From Geosiphon pyriformis uo1 (taxonomy: Eukaryota > Fungi > Glomeromycota): a stretch of DNA of 64,000 nt. The stretch covers positions 507,877 through 571,876 of the forward strand of contig JAAOMT010000183.1 in NCBI GenBank assembly GCA_016748015.1, in the 5' to 3' direction. A model generated the notes under the pieces. That model worked only from the letters and a program-made list of their open reading frames with translations, was not told the DNA's origin and ran no database searches. A program made the translations under genes and the position numbers. Shown in pieces: positions 36,741-50,747 of this stretch; within the stretch, counting starts at the first letter, position 1, and each line of letters starts with the position of its first letter.

Positions 36741-39700
36741 AATAAAATAACTAATTAATAAGTAATTTTTTTAAAAAGAATAAAGAAAATTATTTTTTGG
36801 GTATAGGGTTTTTATTTGTTTTTGGGTTTGAATGTTTCTTGTAATTATTTACTATTTTTGTTTTATGTTTTGTGTATTTAAAAGGGTTTTGTAACAATGT
36901 TAAATTAATTGTTCAAGTTTGATTGTTGTTCTATTATAACTATTGGTTCTAAATTTCGGGAAATATCTTCAGGATTAATTAAAAAAGAATGTGTACCAAT
37001 TTGTGGAATTAATGATTCAGAATTGTTTCTGGAATAATAGTGTTTCAATCTATCTCCATGTGCAACTTTTGTCAGTACTTTGTTATCAAGTTTTAACTTG
37101 TATAATCTATTGTCTAGAATTTCATAAATATAAAATGGTCTATTCCATTTATGTTCAAATTTTCCACTCCATTGTTTTTCAACCTTAGTTCTATGTAAGA
37201 AAACTTTATTTTCAATTTTAAATTCGTTAATAACTGATAGTAGTTTGTTGTCATGCCTTTTTTTTTGTTGAGCTTGGGAGTGTTCAATATAAGTTGCTGC
37301 TATCTATCTTTTTCCTTCCAGTGTACTAAGAAGAGTGTAGGCTCTTCTTTGAAGTGTTTTTTGAAAATTTTTTTTATTGATTGGTTGTACTGGATATGTT
37401 TCTACTGTAAAATTAATTGGTAGTATTGCTGTCCTTCTATAAGTAAGATCAAATGATGTGTGTTTCATAGTATCTTGTTTTAATGTTCTGTATGCTAGTA
37501 ACACTGATGAAATAAAAATATCCCATTTCTGCTCAAAATTTGTTGAGACTTTGGTTAAAGATTTACACAATGTTCTGTTAAAATGTTCTACAAGTCTATT
37601 TGTTTGAGAGTAATAAAGTGATAATAGAGGTTTTTTAGCATTGAATTGTTCACAAATTTTTTGTATTAAGTTGTTCACAAAATGTGTTTCTTGATCAGAT
37701 AAAAGTTCAATTGGGCATTCATGTCTATAAATAATGTTTTTATAAATGAAATTTGCTACTGATTTTGCATCTGTTCTTTAAATGGCTTTAGTTTTAGACC
37801 ATTTGGTATAATAATCTATTGCAATTGCAATATAACAATTTCTTTGGGTTGTAATAAGTAATGGTTTGACTAAATCAATTCCAACTCTGTCAAAAGATTG
37901 TCCAACTTTGATTGGATTTAAAATTCTGTGAGATGGGTTCTTTTTCTTCTTTGACAACTATCACAAGATTCTATATATTGTCGAATGTCTTTTTGCATAT
38001 AAGGCCAAAAATAATGTTCAAAATTTTTTTGAATTGTTTCATCTCTTCCCAAGTGTACTGAAGAAGGATCTGTGTACATGTTGTATAGAATTGTTTTTTT
38101 TCATTCTCTTGTACTAATCTGAGTGGTTGGTTTGGATTTCTACGATTTTTGTAATAAATTTTGTTGTAATGTATAAAATATTGTTTGAATTGGTGTTGTA
38201 ATTGATGTTTTTTACTTGGAAACCAATTTTCAAGTATGATAAGATTCTCTAAATAGTTTTTGATGTTGTTGTAATTTCTGAGATCTATTGTTGTTTTGTT
38301 ATTTTGTTGGTAGGTTGGTAAGTTGTAGTGGATTTGTTGGTGGTATTAATTTTGTCTCATTCTTGAGAGGCTATTAATATTGGTGTGTAGTTTTTCTGGT
38401 TTGTGATGTACAATATATTTGTAGTCTGCTAAAAAGTTATTCCATCAAGACTGTTTGGCACTTTGTTTAGTTTTCTTTTTATTGAGCTATTTAAGGCCAA
38501 TATTGTCAATTATAATGTCAAATTTTTTTCTATTTTTCAGGTATTGTTGAAAATGTTTAATAGCCCAAATGATTGTAGTAGCTTTTAATTCAGTTGAGCC
38601 ATATTTGAGTTTTGTTGGCTTGAGTGTTCTACTGGCATAGGCAATGACTTGCTTCTGGCCATTTTTATCTAATTGTGATAGGATGGCACCAAATACTATG
38701 TGTAAAGCATTAATGACTAGTTAAAACCATTTGTTAAAGTCTGAGTAAACAAGAATTGGGGCTGTTGTTAATTTTGTTTTGAGAGTTTCAAAAGCTTTTT
38801 GTTGTTCTTCAGTTCATTGGTATGGCACGTTTTTATTGGTAAAATAATTGAATGGTTTGGCAATTTCTGAGAATTCTTTTATGAATTTTTGATATTAAGA
38901 GGCTAATCCTACAAATTTTTATAGCTCTGTGGTATTTTGGAAGTTTGAAAGTTTTTGACAGCATTAATTGTTCTAAGATTTGGTTTAACTCCATCTTTGT
39001 TAACAATATGTCCAAGAAAGATTAAACATGTTTTTTTAAAGTGACATTTCTTAATGTTCAACTTTAATTCTGTTTTCCATAATTGTTAAAAAACTTTTTA
39101 CAGGTGAATAAGATAAGCTTCAAAACTTGGTAAGTACACATCAGTGTTATCAAGATAGACAACTACTGCTTGCCACAAAAGTTCTTTATATACAACATCT
39201 ATAAGTCACTAGAATATTGCTGATGCATTGCAGAGTCCAAACAGCATAATATTGAATTCATAGTTTCCTTTTTGAATGGTAAATGCTGTTTTGTGTTGGT
39301 TTTTTGGGTCCATTTCAACTTGTCAATATTCATTAAAGTTGAGAAAAACTTGGTTTTTTCTAAAGCATCTAGCATGTTATTAATTCTTGGAAAAGGATAG
39401 GCATCTCCAATTGTTACATTGTTGAGCTAACAATAATCTACACAGAATTTGATTTTTCCATTTTTTTTTAACAAGAACTACTAATAAAGTCCAAGGACTT
39501 TTTGATGATTGAATCAATCTGTTATTGAGCATTCTTTGGACTTCTTTCCTGATAAATTGGTGGCTGGCAGGTGGCACTCAATAAGCTTGTTGATGTTTTG
39601 ATAGAACATCTCTTGTGTAAATCTAATGTTGAACAATATCAGTTTTTCCAAGATCATTGTTGTCTTTTGCAAATATGTCAGCAAATTCAGCTATTAGCTG

Positions 39701-40169
39701 TTTCAATTGTCTTTGTTGTTGAGGTTCTAAGGGATTCATGTTGATTCAAGAAAGTTTTTCTTTTAAAAGGTGGTAGTTTTTAGTAGTAGAGATAATATTT
39801 GGATTTGGAAGTAGTATATGTCTTATAATTTCGATAAAATTAAAGACAATTTGAGAGTTTTCATCTTGGAAGATATTGCTGTATATGATTCTGATTTCTA
39901 ATTTATTTAATAAGACAATAGGGTAATTATTGGGGTTGTAGAATGTAACTCAAATTTTTTCATTTCTTGGAAATATAAACATTTGAAATTGAGATTTCAT
40001 GCTTTAAACAAATTTGTTTATTGGATTCAAAAATTTGTTGGGTAGTAGTGGGTTTTGAGCAAGTGTAAATTTTATGATGTTCTCCAAAAGATGAAATGGT
40101 AATTGGTTGGAAAAGTTGAAAAATCTGGTGAAATTTATTCTGTGCATTAAAAGCTATGTTTACTGACAC

Positions 40170-40620
40170 TGTAAATCGTCCAGTTAAACCAAAACCTTGA
40201 GTTCCTCTTTCATTTTTTCTCAATTGTTCTTTGTTTTTAACTAATTGTAAATCCAAAATGTTGATTAAGAGTAAGTAAATTGCTTGAGCAATTTTTTCAG
40301 CATGTTCTATTTTGAATGGTTTCTTAGTTTTATTTTGTAGCATGACAGTAATGTCTCCAATATATCTTGCATCTATAACTCCTTCTTCTCTGACGTTGAT
40401 TTTTTTGCTTGCCAATGATGATTGAAAAGCAATTTGTATTATTGCTTCTGGTGGTATTTCAAAAGCAATTCTAAGGTTGATTTTGGTTAAGATTTTTGGT
40501 TGAAAAACCAAAGTGTTTTTGCCAGGATATCTGAGGTCGTATTTTGCATCAATTTTATGGGCTTTTTCTGGTTTTATTTCTTGTCCATTGTTGTCAAAGT
40601 ATTTGAGTTGTATAGCAGAC
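40170..40620 (-). pseudogene. dUTPase domain of family B
   Basis: 'KPEKAHKIDAKYDLRY', 'QSSLA', 'GVIDARYIGDI', 'KIAQAI', 'ERGTQGFGLTG'. Confidence 0.9.
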
Positions 40621-43600
40621 TGGTTTTCAGTAAGATAGATTGGTGTTGTTGTAATTTTTTTTTTTTGTTTTAGGTTTCTCAAATTCAATTTCTTCCTGGT
40701 TATTTTTATTGGGCAGGGGAATGCTAAGAGCATAGCATTCTGAACACTATTTGTCATCACAAAACATAATGTATTCTTCACACAATTGAATGTTCATTTG
40801 CTCTAATTGTTAAATTTGAGCTTTTTGGATTGAATATATGTGGCTTGCAATTTGGTAATATGTCTTTATTTTATCTTCATAGTTGAATTCAGCTAATTCC
40901 ATTGTGTATTTAATGTACTCAGCTTTTTTCATTTGTCAGACATTTTTCTGTGTGGCTTCATTAATTAAAGCCATTACTAATCAAAAATTATTTCAGCATT
41001 ATGAGGATAGTGGTAAAGTTTGTTGAAAGCACTATTGTATGCTGCATCAAAAGGTGTTCCTCTTTTAACTTTTTCTGAAATTAATAGAACATATTGACAG
41101 GTTTAGTCAAATACTTCTTTTCTCATTGCAACATCAATCCAGTTGCATTTTTTTGGTAACATATCTCCACATGTCAGACAAGAAGTGTTGTCTCATTTTT
41201 CACTTCTTTTAGAATATTCAAATCGTTTTTTATGGTATGCTTTACAAAAGTAGCAGGTATGAGTTTTATATTTTTTTTCTGAAAAAATACATGTTCTTAT
41301 TGATAAAAGTTTCTTGTTGCAATCTTTGCATTTGAGTAAGATATAAGATGGTTGTTTTTATGGTTCTGGTGTGGAATATCTAACTACATTCCATCTTCTG
41401 GTTTCTTCAAAGATTTCTTGTTCTGTTTTTTTAGTCATTGAACAGTAATCTAAGAGCCATAAAAGTTTCAGTAACTGGCAATTTTTTCTTCTCTTCAAAT
41501 TCGAATATTGGGGCTTTTTCAGATTTTTTATTAAAGATATTACAAGTGGCAGGTACTCTAATGTATTGTCTCTGGTATAAAATCTTCAATTTCTGGGTTT
41601 TTCAATCTAAATTTACATTGACCTTGAGAAGCCAATCATTTTCGACAAGAGCTTAGTATTGGAGTGTATTTATGACTAAAACTTTGACTGAAATAATAAT
41701 TTCATCAATAATAAATGAAAAATTGTTAATTTCTCCTACTGGTGTCTTTTTTATATCATCTGTTGTAACAATTACAATTTGAACTGGTCTGTTAACAGTT
41801 TTTTGAAGCTGTTGTATTAACTGGTAGGTGATAATACTTTTAGCTGATTTACTGTCTAAGATTAGCTGAATTGGTTTTTTTTCTACTTCAGCTTTTGTAT
41901 ACATAGCTGTAATTGCTTTTTGTTCATTGACTGCTGCATTGCTAAGCAAGAATAATGATTCATTTGCTTTAAATTCGAATGGAAATATATCTGAAAAATT
42001 GGTATTTTGGACAATTTGGGCTGGTGAAATAGTATTGTTAAAAGGATTTGATCTTGGTGCTGCAATTTTATCTTTAGAAAGTGCAGTTTGTTGAAAATCT
42101 GATCCTTCAGACATTGTAAGATAACTGAGTTAAATGTAATAGTGATTGGGTCTTTGCTGACCAGAATTTTGGGGGACTAACTGGTTGTTTGGGTTGATTT
42201 TGCTGTTGTTATTCTGAAATTAATTTTGAGGTGTAAATTAGTTTTGTTGAACCAATTTTTGGACAGATACTTGGTATTGTTGTGTAGGTGGCTGTTAATA
42301 CTGTTGAATTGATAGAGGTTGTTGATATTGCTGCTGTGAAGCAGGTTAATAGTAATTGGTTTGCTGTTAGGATCTTAAGAAATAGTAAGCTGGTAGTAAC
42401 AGCTAATAATAAGATTGCTGTGTTAAAGAGTAATGTTGATTACTCCTGTTTTGTTGGTCTCTTTGTAGCTTTTTGCAATCTTATTTCCAATGTTCTGAAA
42501 TTCCACAATAATAACAACTTTGGTTTTGACTGTTTGATGATAGTGAGTAGTTGGTTTGGTTTTGTTATTGTGGTGGCTGATATTTTTGTGGTTGTTGCTG
42601 TTGTTGCTAATTAATAAAATAGTTCTCAACCTTCTTTGTAAGTTGGTTAATTTTTCTTCAGCTGTTAAGCTGGTTTTTCCAATAGCAAAATTTACAAATT
42701 TGATATGGTTTGCTTTTTCTATTGCTATTTTATAGTTCTTTGTATGTCTAATAGCTGTTGCTAAATTTTCTGGGACATGTGGGTGAACTTTCTTGATTAA
42801 CTTGTCTTTTAATTTTGCTATAAACTGATTCAAAATCTGGGCATTGGAATAGTATTCATTGGTTTTCAATTGTCAAATTTGTCAAAAAAGTTTGTTGAAT
42901 CTCCCAAAATAGGTTATGACAGTTTCAAATGTTTCTTGTTTAATATTGCAAAAGTGATTGCAGAAAGTAATAGAGGTATTATTGTCAGTAAATTGTTGTA
43001 AGAAAGCATTTTTGAATGCTTGCCAGTTTTCAAATAATTTTTTTAAGTTTTTAAACCATTCTCCTGCAGTTCTTTGGAGAAAGTATGGAATTGCTTTGAG
43101 CATTCTTGCTGCATTTCAACCATTTGCATCTTCTGCTTTTTGAACTTTGTTAAGTTATTCTTGAAAGCTGGTATTATTATCTTTACTAGTAAATTCTGGG
43201 ATTTTTGCAATGTAAGCAGTTGCCATTTTTTCTTTATTTTCTGTAAGTTCTTCTGATTTTGATTCAGTTTCTTCACTTTTTAGGTTTTCTGAATAATTAC
43301 TTTTGTTTTCCTGTAAGTAATCAAGAAGATTGGTACTGGTTAATATTGGTTTCTGCTATTGAGTAGGATTTCTAGATGACTAAAAATCTTCTGGTCTGAA
43401 GAAACAGTTAAGTAGTGAATTTGGTGTTTGTAGTTAAGCAAGTAAAATTGAAAATGGTATAATAAAAAGTAGTAATTTGGCACTGGTTCCTTGTTCAGGT
43501 GTTTGTAAGTGTTTGGTAGTTGTCTTTAATGTGTTTGGAGTATTTGAGATAGTACTTAAGTGTTTTTTCAGTTTTTGTTTGCTTTTGTTGCTTGTTTTTG

Positions 43601-43988
43601 TCTTTGATTCAAAATCAATAGAGTATTTAGACTGTACTAGATATGTTTTTTTACAATACTTGATAATGTTAAAATTAAGTTCTTGGAAGTAAGTGACAAG
43701 TGTTTTACTGTTAAGATTTTCAGTTTCCAATTGTGAATAGTGCACTAAATTATTGTAGAAGTTGCTTCTAACTTCTAAAATGTTGTAATTTCCAAGAAGA
43801 TAATTGTTGATGCAGTTTTCAATATACTGGTAAAGTGTTCTCTTAACAATTTCAATTCTGTCTGAAATGTTGAATTTTTGCTTTTAATGGGTGTAAATTA
43901 ACTGATAATACTTTAGAGTATATGTATCTGATGTGGTCACTATTTTGAATTTGTTGTTGCTGTGTTATTTCTATGAAAGAGCACCAAA

Positions 43989-44962
43989 TATTACCAAAGA
44001 TTTTTGGTCTCTTTTTTTGAATGTTGTTAATGTTGATTTGCTGTGAATTCACGTTTTCAGAAAGTAGTTGGACCTCCAGTAACTGAATTTATCTTCAAAT
44101 TATCTCCTATAATTTGAACTGCTGGGCTTATAAGTGAAATGGCCAATTCTATGCCAGTTACTTTATGTAGTTACATTGTAGTAAACATCAACTTTTTCTC
44201 AGGAATTGCTTGTCTGGAATCTCACTAAAAATGTGTAGTTACTTTGCTGTGAAAGTCAACTCTTTTACAGAAATCTTATCTGTAGGCTACCCTAATGATT
44301 ATGATAAGAAAAAAAAATAAAAAAATAAAAAAAATAAAAAAAATAGGATTTTATCAAAAGAAACGTTTTCTATTCAGGCCTGGAGTCATTAACAGATTAC
44401 TGAAATTGGTAGCTAATCAATTTCAAAACGTTAGTTGTGTTGGAGAAATTTTAAGTGTAATAATTTTAAGAATTTGGTTTTTGAATATTTAATTTTTATT
44501 TGATTTTGTAAAAAAAGTAATTTGTTATAATTAAGATATCTGAAGTAAGATACTATGGTAAAATACTATGAAAAAATACATTTTCTTGAAAAGAAAAGCT
44601 TTTTTTTTATACAACTTGTTGTAGTACTAGTCTTCAAACTTGCATTTTTTTCTTTGCTACAATTTGGGTGAACTAAAGATACATTTTAGCAAACTACAAG
44701 TTATTTCACTAAATTATTGATTATTTCAGCCAATTTTCATTAATTTCGGCGAATTTTGACTATGTTAAATGGTTCAGAGTATTGTGTAATTTGATTATTT
44801 TAATTTCTATTGTACAAATCGAATTATTGATTAAGTAATAATATTTGATAATTTGATTAAATAATAAGTGATAATCGAAATGATAATAATATATGCTAAT
44901 TAATAATAAGAATTATGAAAGTAATTTCATTCTAATTAATAGCTAAAATTCTACTGGTAACA
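43989..44962 (-). repeat. 5' LTR of element B
   Basis: Adjacent to PBS (rc TGGTGCTCTTTCATAG); outer terminus TGTTACC on the minus strand. Confidence 0.95.
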
Positions 44963-44966
44963 GCAG

Positions 44967-45249
44967 AAAAGTTTGTTTAAGATATGGTTCAATTCTTTCA
45001 AAATTTACACAGATAGGTCTTTGCAATATGCTGGTTCTGCTGAAGTTGTTAATAGAGTGGTTGTTTATTTTTTAGCTTTAGATATAAGTATTGATGTTAA
45101 AGTGTGTGGGCTTTTATCCTTTACTATAGCTAAATTATAAACTGTTGCCTTAGCTTTGGAATGTGTTCTATTTTCTTGTACCATAAAACTGTATTTAAAT
45201 AGCCAATTAATAATTAATACATGTATTTCTAAAACTTTGTTTAATATAC
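44967..45249 (+). mobile_element. Continuation of the LINE ORF2 (start of RNase H)
   Basis: 'IYTDRSLQYAGS', 'AKL*TVALALECV', 'LYLNSQ'; matches the minus-strand copy at ~57800-58030. Confidence 0.85.
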
Positions 45250-47510
45250 TGTTACTTATAGAAATTTAGGAATTCTTAATAAGTATATAATAGCCAATCA
45301 GAAATAGATATAGTAAAAGAGGAATTTTAGGATTTTTTTAACGAATTACAAAATTTTTGGCTAAAAAAATTAAAGAAATTCAAAAAATCTTGTATAATAT
45401 TAATTATGTATATATAGTGAGAGTATTAGAAACAGAAAAAGACAAAATTTAATTCAGAATTGATACCAACAATAAATTTATTTAATATTCTTCTCTTTAA
45501 AAAATAGTTTTTTACAACTTGAAGAAGAATCAATCACATATCAATAAAAATCCATTTTTTCCAAATTCATATTATTATTACTTGATTAAAACATATTGAA
45601 ATCACTTTCACTCTATTAACACTTTATGTTAATAAAATTTAATACTTAATTATACTGAACCAATAGCTTTTAATTACAGTTATTAATGAAATATTAATTT
45701 TATTGTCTTTTTTTATTTTTCTTTATTTGTCTGTTATTTTTTTTTATTTTGTTTTTTGTTGTTTACTAACTGATTAAAAGATTAACATACAGCATTATTA
45801 ACATTAAGAAGTACTGGTAAAAGACTCGAGAAACAAGGATAGAAACTTGAAAATTGAGAATAGCTTATTAAAAAAAACTAGTCATTAAGCTAAGAAAAAA
45901 ATTTATAAAATAAACTTCCAAGAAAGTACTAAAACAATCATTGAATCTCTGTTTATTATACAAAAGACTTAACTAAAATCTTCAGATTACAAAAATCTTC
46001 AGAATTACCAATATTATTAAGCTATTAAATACTAAGTTATGAGTTTGTTATTTGTATTAACACTCTAAATAATTATCTGTAACATTTGGTGTTTTTTGTA
46101 AGATATAATTCAACAAAAAATTAGCACCAACAAATCATTCAAAACAGTGACAGAGAAACAAATTACTTAAAATTCATAAAAGCTTTATTCCAATACTATT
46201 ATACTTATCTTAAACTAACAAACAACAATTGGTCAATAAAATTAGTGTTCAATTGTTATGTCAACAAAAGAATTATATATTATTTAGAAAAACAAAGAGA
46301 TTTAGAAACTGTTTTTAACAATTTCTATAGTAAATTACTCTAAAGCATTACATGTTTATCAAACTATCTGTTTACACTACTGATCACAGAAATAAACCAG
46401 AAAATTAAAAACTATACACAACAAAAATTTTTTATTACTTTTGCTAAAAAGGAAAAAAAAAGATTATAAACCCCAGCAGAAATACCAAAGAAAACACAAC
46501 CACTTACTTAGAAGAAACCAAAAGTTGTTTCATCTATTAACTTATTATATTACTATACTTTGAGAAGTATTATTTACATAACATCAGCAGTTATATTCAC
46601 ATCAACTATAAAAACATTATTGGCAAAAATACTATTTCAGAGTAAATAAAAAAAAGCTAAACTATTAAGAACCTATGGTAATTACTTTAAAAAATTTAAA
46701 TTGTGACCAATCACACTATTAGAACTTTAATTATTATCACCTTAACCAAATTTCAGATTAATCAATAACTAAACAGATACAAAATCAGAAAAAAAGAAAA
46801 ACAACAATCAAGAAATTAATAACCAGAACCTAATTATAGATAAATCAGAATTACAAACTCTGATTGTTTAAACTTAACCAAACCTAAACAATTCAAAACT
46901 CACTCAGATTTTTTAATAAATCTTATCTTTAGTGATTATAATCAATCCACCAGTTGCATTAATAGCTGTTTAGCAACAATAACTTTAGTAACAACTACTA
47001 TAACAGCAATTACAACAACAATTATTACTTGTATCAATAGCCTATATACCAATTGTAAAACTTGAAAAATTCACTGACAAAGAAAATAACACATAAACAT
47101 GGCTTAATAATGTGGCAAAAGCCATTACAGTCAATAAATAAGACAATATTTAAGCTCTTTAGACCATTTTATACTTCTTATAAAATATTATTAATTCATA
47201 GTATTAAAGTTTAATAAATAAACTTTTAACTTTTGATGCATTTAAAACTGAATTTTTAAGATATTTTAGTAATAATAACAATATTAATTGCTTAATCATT
47301 GTCTTCACTATTATCAAATAAGGAAATACTAAAACAGTTACTACTTATTTGAAATGCTTTTATAAAAATCTGCACCAAATATAAGCAATTGATACAAATT
47401 ATTTTATAGCTTTACAAATTCTAAACCAGTTTATTCATGGCCTGTACAGTAGTTTTCTATAATATATATGCTTATTACATTTACAAATACTTGAACACAC
47501 TATTATATAT
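45250..47510 (+). mobile_element. Partial Gypsy element C: 5' LTR (45250-46084), PBS and decayed gag
   Basis: TGTTACT...TGTAACA, PBS TGGTGTTTTTTGTAAG, gag similar to 1785-3150; truncated into AT-rich DNA. Confidence 0.85.
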
Positions 47511-49600
47511 CTCTAAAACCAGAAAAAATCAGCCAAAAATTAATGTATTAACCAAAAATTAATTTTAACCAAAATTAGCCAATGTGTTTTTTTTGTTATT
47601 ATATAGAACAAAAGAAAATTTGCACTTATAATCTTAATAAAACTGAATATTATAATTGGTTTAAATAATATAAAATTGACAAAAAAGCCAAAAAAACAAA
47701 AAAAAACTAAACTATTATTTTTTACAAAAAAAAAACTTTAAAACATTAAAATTATCAAAAATACCAGAAAAAAAATCTTTTAATATTTTAAAAAAATTGT
47801 TAAACAAAATATTAAGAATATAAAAAAATTGTTTTTTGAATATTTTAGCTTTTTTGGTTATTTGAACAACAATAAATAAAAAAATATAAGAAAAAAATAG
47901 CTTTGTTATTGGTTTTTTATTAAAAACTTTAAGATTTTTAAAAAAAACAAGAATTATATTAAAACTATTTCAAATAAGTTGTTTTAAAAAAACTTTTAAT
48001 TAAAGACAAAAAAATGTACTTAAAACAATAAAAGACTGTTTAACTACTATTTTATTTAAAAAAACTGCTTAACTATTATTTTATTTAAAAAAACTGTTTT
48101 TATAAAACATTAATAAATAGTTTTTACAATTATTAGAATTTTACTAATAAAAAAGTACTAGTTGTTTTAAGTAATAAAAAAATAAAAGTGATACAACTTT
48201 TTTATTTTTTGTTTAGGTCATAAAATTAAAAGAGAAAAAAGTTTTAAATTTTTTAAACTATATAATATATATATAATAATTAATAAAAATTATAATTTTG
48301 AATCTGTTAAAAAAAAAACAATTTTAATAAAATAATTAACATAATATTAAATTAAAATAAGATTATTTAATATAAAAAAAATAAACATTAAATTATTATT
48401 AATTATTTTTTTAACAAAATTAATTTTTTAACAATTATAATAATTTTAAAAAAATCTTTTAATTTGTTATTAATATTAAAAATAAAAATAAAAATACATT
48501 AAAACCAAATATTGTTTATTTATAATATACCAAAATTAAATTTACAATAATTCATAAAATTTATTTAATAAAAATAAATTTAATATATTTTAAAATTAAT
48601 ATTTAATATTTATATAAAACTTTTTTAATAATAATTATTAGTAATATTTATTCTAATATTAATAACAAAATTAATTAGTCTAAATACAAAAATTTTATAT
48701 TTAAAATTCAAATTAAAAACCAAATTCAAAATCTTAAAATATTAATTAAATATATTATAATATTATAATATTTATAACTTTAATTAAAACAATAATAATA
48801 AAATTTTAAAAATTATTTTTTTATTTAAATTTAAAACAAATAAATTTGGTTTAAATAAAAAAAAATTTATTATTATTATATATATAAAAGTAAAAACCAA
48901 TAAAAATTTTATAAAACTTATTTTAGACAATAAATTTATTAAAAACATTATTATTTTTTAATTAATAAATTAATTAAATTATTAAATTAATAAAATTGTC
49001 AATTTATTTGTTATTATAGCTAATAAAAAAAGATATTTATTAATAAAATCAATAAAATAGTTGTTAAAATTTTGGTAATAAATGCTGTTTAATATTAAGT
49101 TTTTATAAAAAATAATTGTTTTTCTAATTAATACTACTTTAGATTAAATTATTTAGAAATTACAATTAATTTATAAATACTTTAAAGCATTAGTTAATAT
49201 CAATTAACTTTAATTTAAAATTAAAAACTTTACTAATTAACCAATTATTAAAACTTACCAAATTTTATGAACTAAAAATTATAAAATTGATTTATTATTT
49301 ATTTTAAATTAAAGCACTAAAATTAAAACAGAAGATAAAAACAAAAAAAAACAATTTTAGATTACTATAATATCATAAGACTAAAATTAAAGATATTATT
49401 GCCCAAAGTTAGAGTGTTTAATTTGTTAGAAAATAATATTTTCAATAATTACTTGTATTATATCAGATAAAAATTATTAATAGTTTACTTATTACTATTG
49501 TAATTACTGCCATAAAAAAACTTATAATTATTCCAAATAACATGAAAAATAGAATAAAATTTTTGTATTGTCTTTAAAAAAATCTTAATAAATGTAATTA
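47510..49600. other. Extremely AT-rich block
   Basis: Almost only A/T, no ORF; ~30-bp tandem repeat at ~48031-48100. Confidence 0.6.
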
Positions 49601-50136
49601 AATTGATATGTAATTTAGAAGAATTATCTGTAATTTAACTTGCCAATATACTATTCTTATTACTGATTGAGTAAAAAAAAGAATCTTTTTCAAAGCTGCA
49701 TATAATCAGCCTTTTAACCAAATTCATTATTATTCCCATAATACCAATTAACTTTACAATATGATAAAAGCCAAAGTTCAAAGTAGAACTGCTGAAAAAA
49801 TCCATTACTTTTTGAAATAATTGATAAAGTTGTTACTCACAATTCTTGAACTCTTTCCATGAATTTCAAAAGCATTATTAACAACTTTGCTTTAGTCATA
49901 AGGAACAAGAAGAATATTTGGCCCAAATTAATACTTATTTTTGGTGTTAAAACTGTAAGTCCCAAAACAATTATCTAGAAAAACCAATTCAATCTGAAAA
50001 TGATCTAAACCCTGAATTTGGAAATCTTAATTGACAATCAAGAAAACTATCGTTTTTTTCAGGGATGTGCTCCATTTTTCTTCAATTTTGAATCGGTGTT
50101 GATTAAACTCTTTATAAAATTTTCATACCCAGATAA

Positions 50137-50502
50137 TTTGTATTCCTTTACGAACTCACAAGTTCCGGGCGCTTTTCTTTAATACCTTTCCCCACATCAC
50201 TGCCACATTATTCTGCTACACCCTTTCCCATATTGTCAACACTATTGTGCATTTTCGCATTGCTGTACTCGATCTGGATTCTACAATCCCCGAAAACTAC
50301 ACGCTTTCAGGTGGGTTTTGGAATAGCAATCGCTGTTTTACCTTTTTTGTTGGCGATTAATGTCGACCCATTGGAAAAGTTATGGTGGGCAATACCTTTG
50401 TGTATTCTTGTTGTCGAATCCGTAGCATTGTATTGGATTAGGAATTTCGAAGAGGTCTTTGTAAGTTTAGAGAACCTCAAATATAAGTTAAAGGGGGCTT
50501 GA
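50137..50502 (+). CDS. 3' part of a small multi-pass membrane protein; 5' end unresolved
   Basis: CpG-containing open frame with three hydrophobic segments, ending 'LENLKYKLKGA*'; upstream exon(s) could not be joined in frame. Confidence 0.55.
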   Translation, partial: FVFLYELTSSGRFSLIPFPTSLPHYSATPFPILSTLLCIFALLYSIWILQSPKTTRFQVGFGIAIAVLPFLLAINVDPLEKLWWAIPLCILVVESVALYWIRNFEEVFVSLENLKYKLKGA

Positions 50503-50747
50503 TCAGATTCATGAAAAGTCCGGGAAATATCTGGTTTGGTTTTGAATAGATGAAACCTGATTTTTCTTATTTGCTATTAATTCTTTCAAGAATATTTAAA
50601 TTGTAGATTATCTATTGTACATAAAATCGAAAGGCTTACTCAACGTTTACCAGTCATTGCATGATTTCTTTCGTGAGAATATAGAAGAACCCTTGAATAC
50701 ATGAAATCTATCCATTTAAATTTTCGAGTTCCTGATTATAAACCATT

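Larger units (their letters stand above)
35080..44962 (-). mobile_element. Full-length degenerate Ty3/Gypsy element (family B) with dUTPase and ORF3, inserted in LINE ORF2
   Basis: LTRs 35080-36052 and 43989-44962; TSD GCAG at 35076-35079 and 44963-44966; PBS 43971-43986; PPT ~36053-36066; gag, PR 'LILDSKSA', dUTPase, RT 'YLDNT', RH, IN. Confidence 0.95.
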
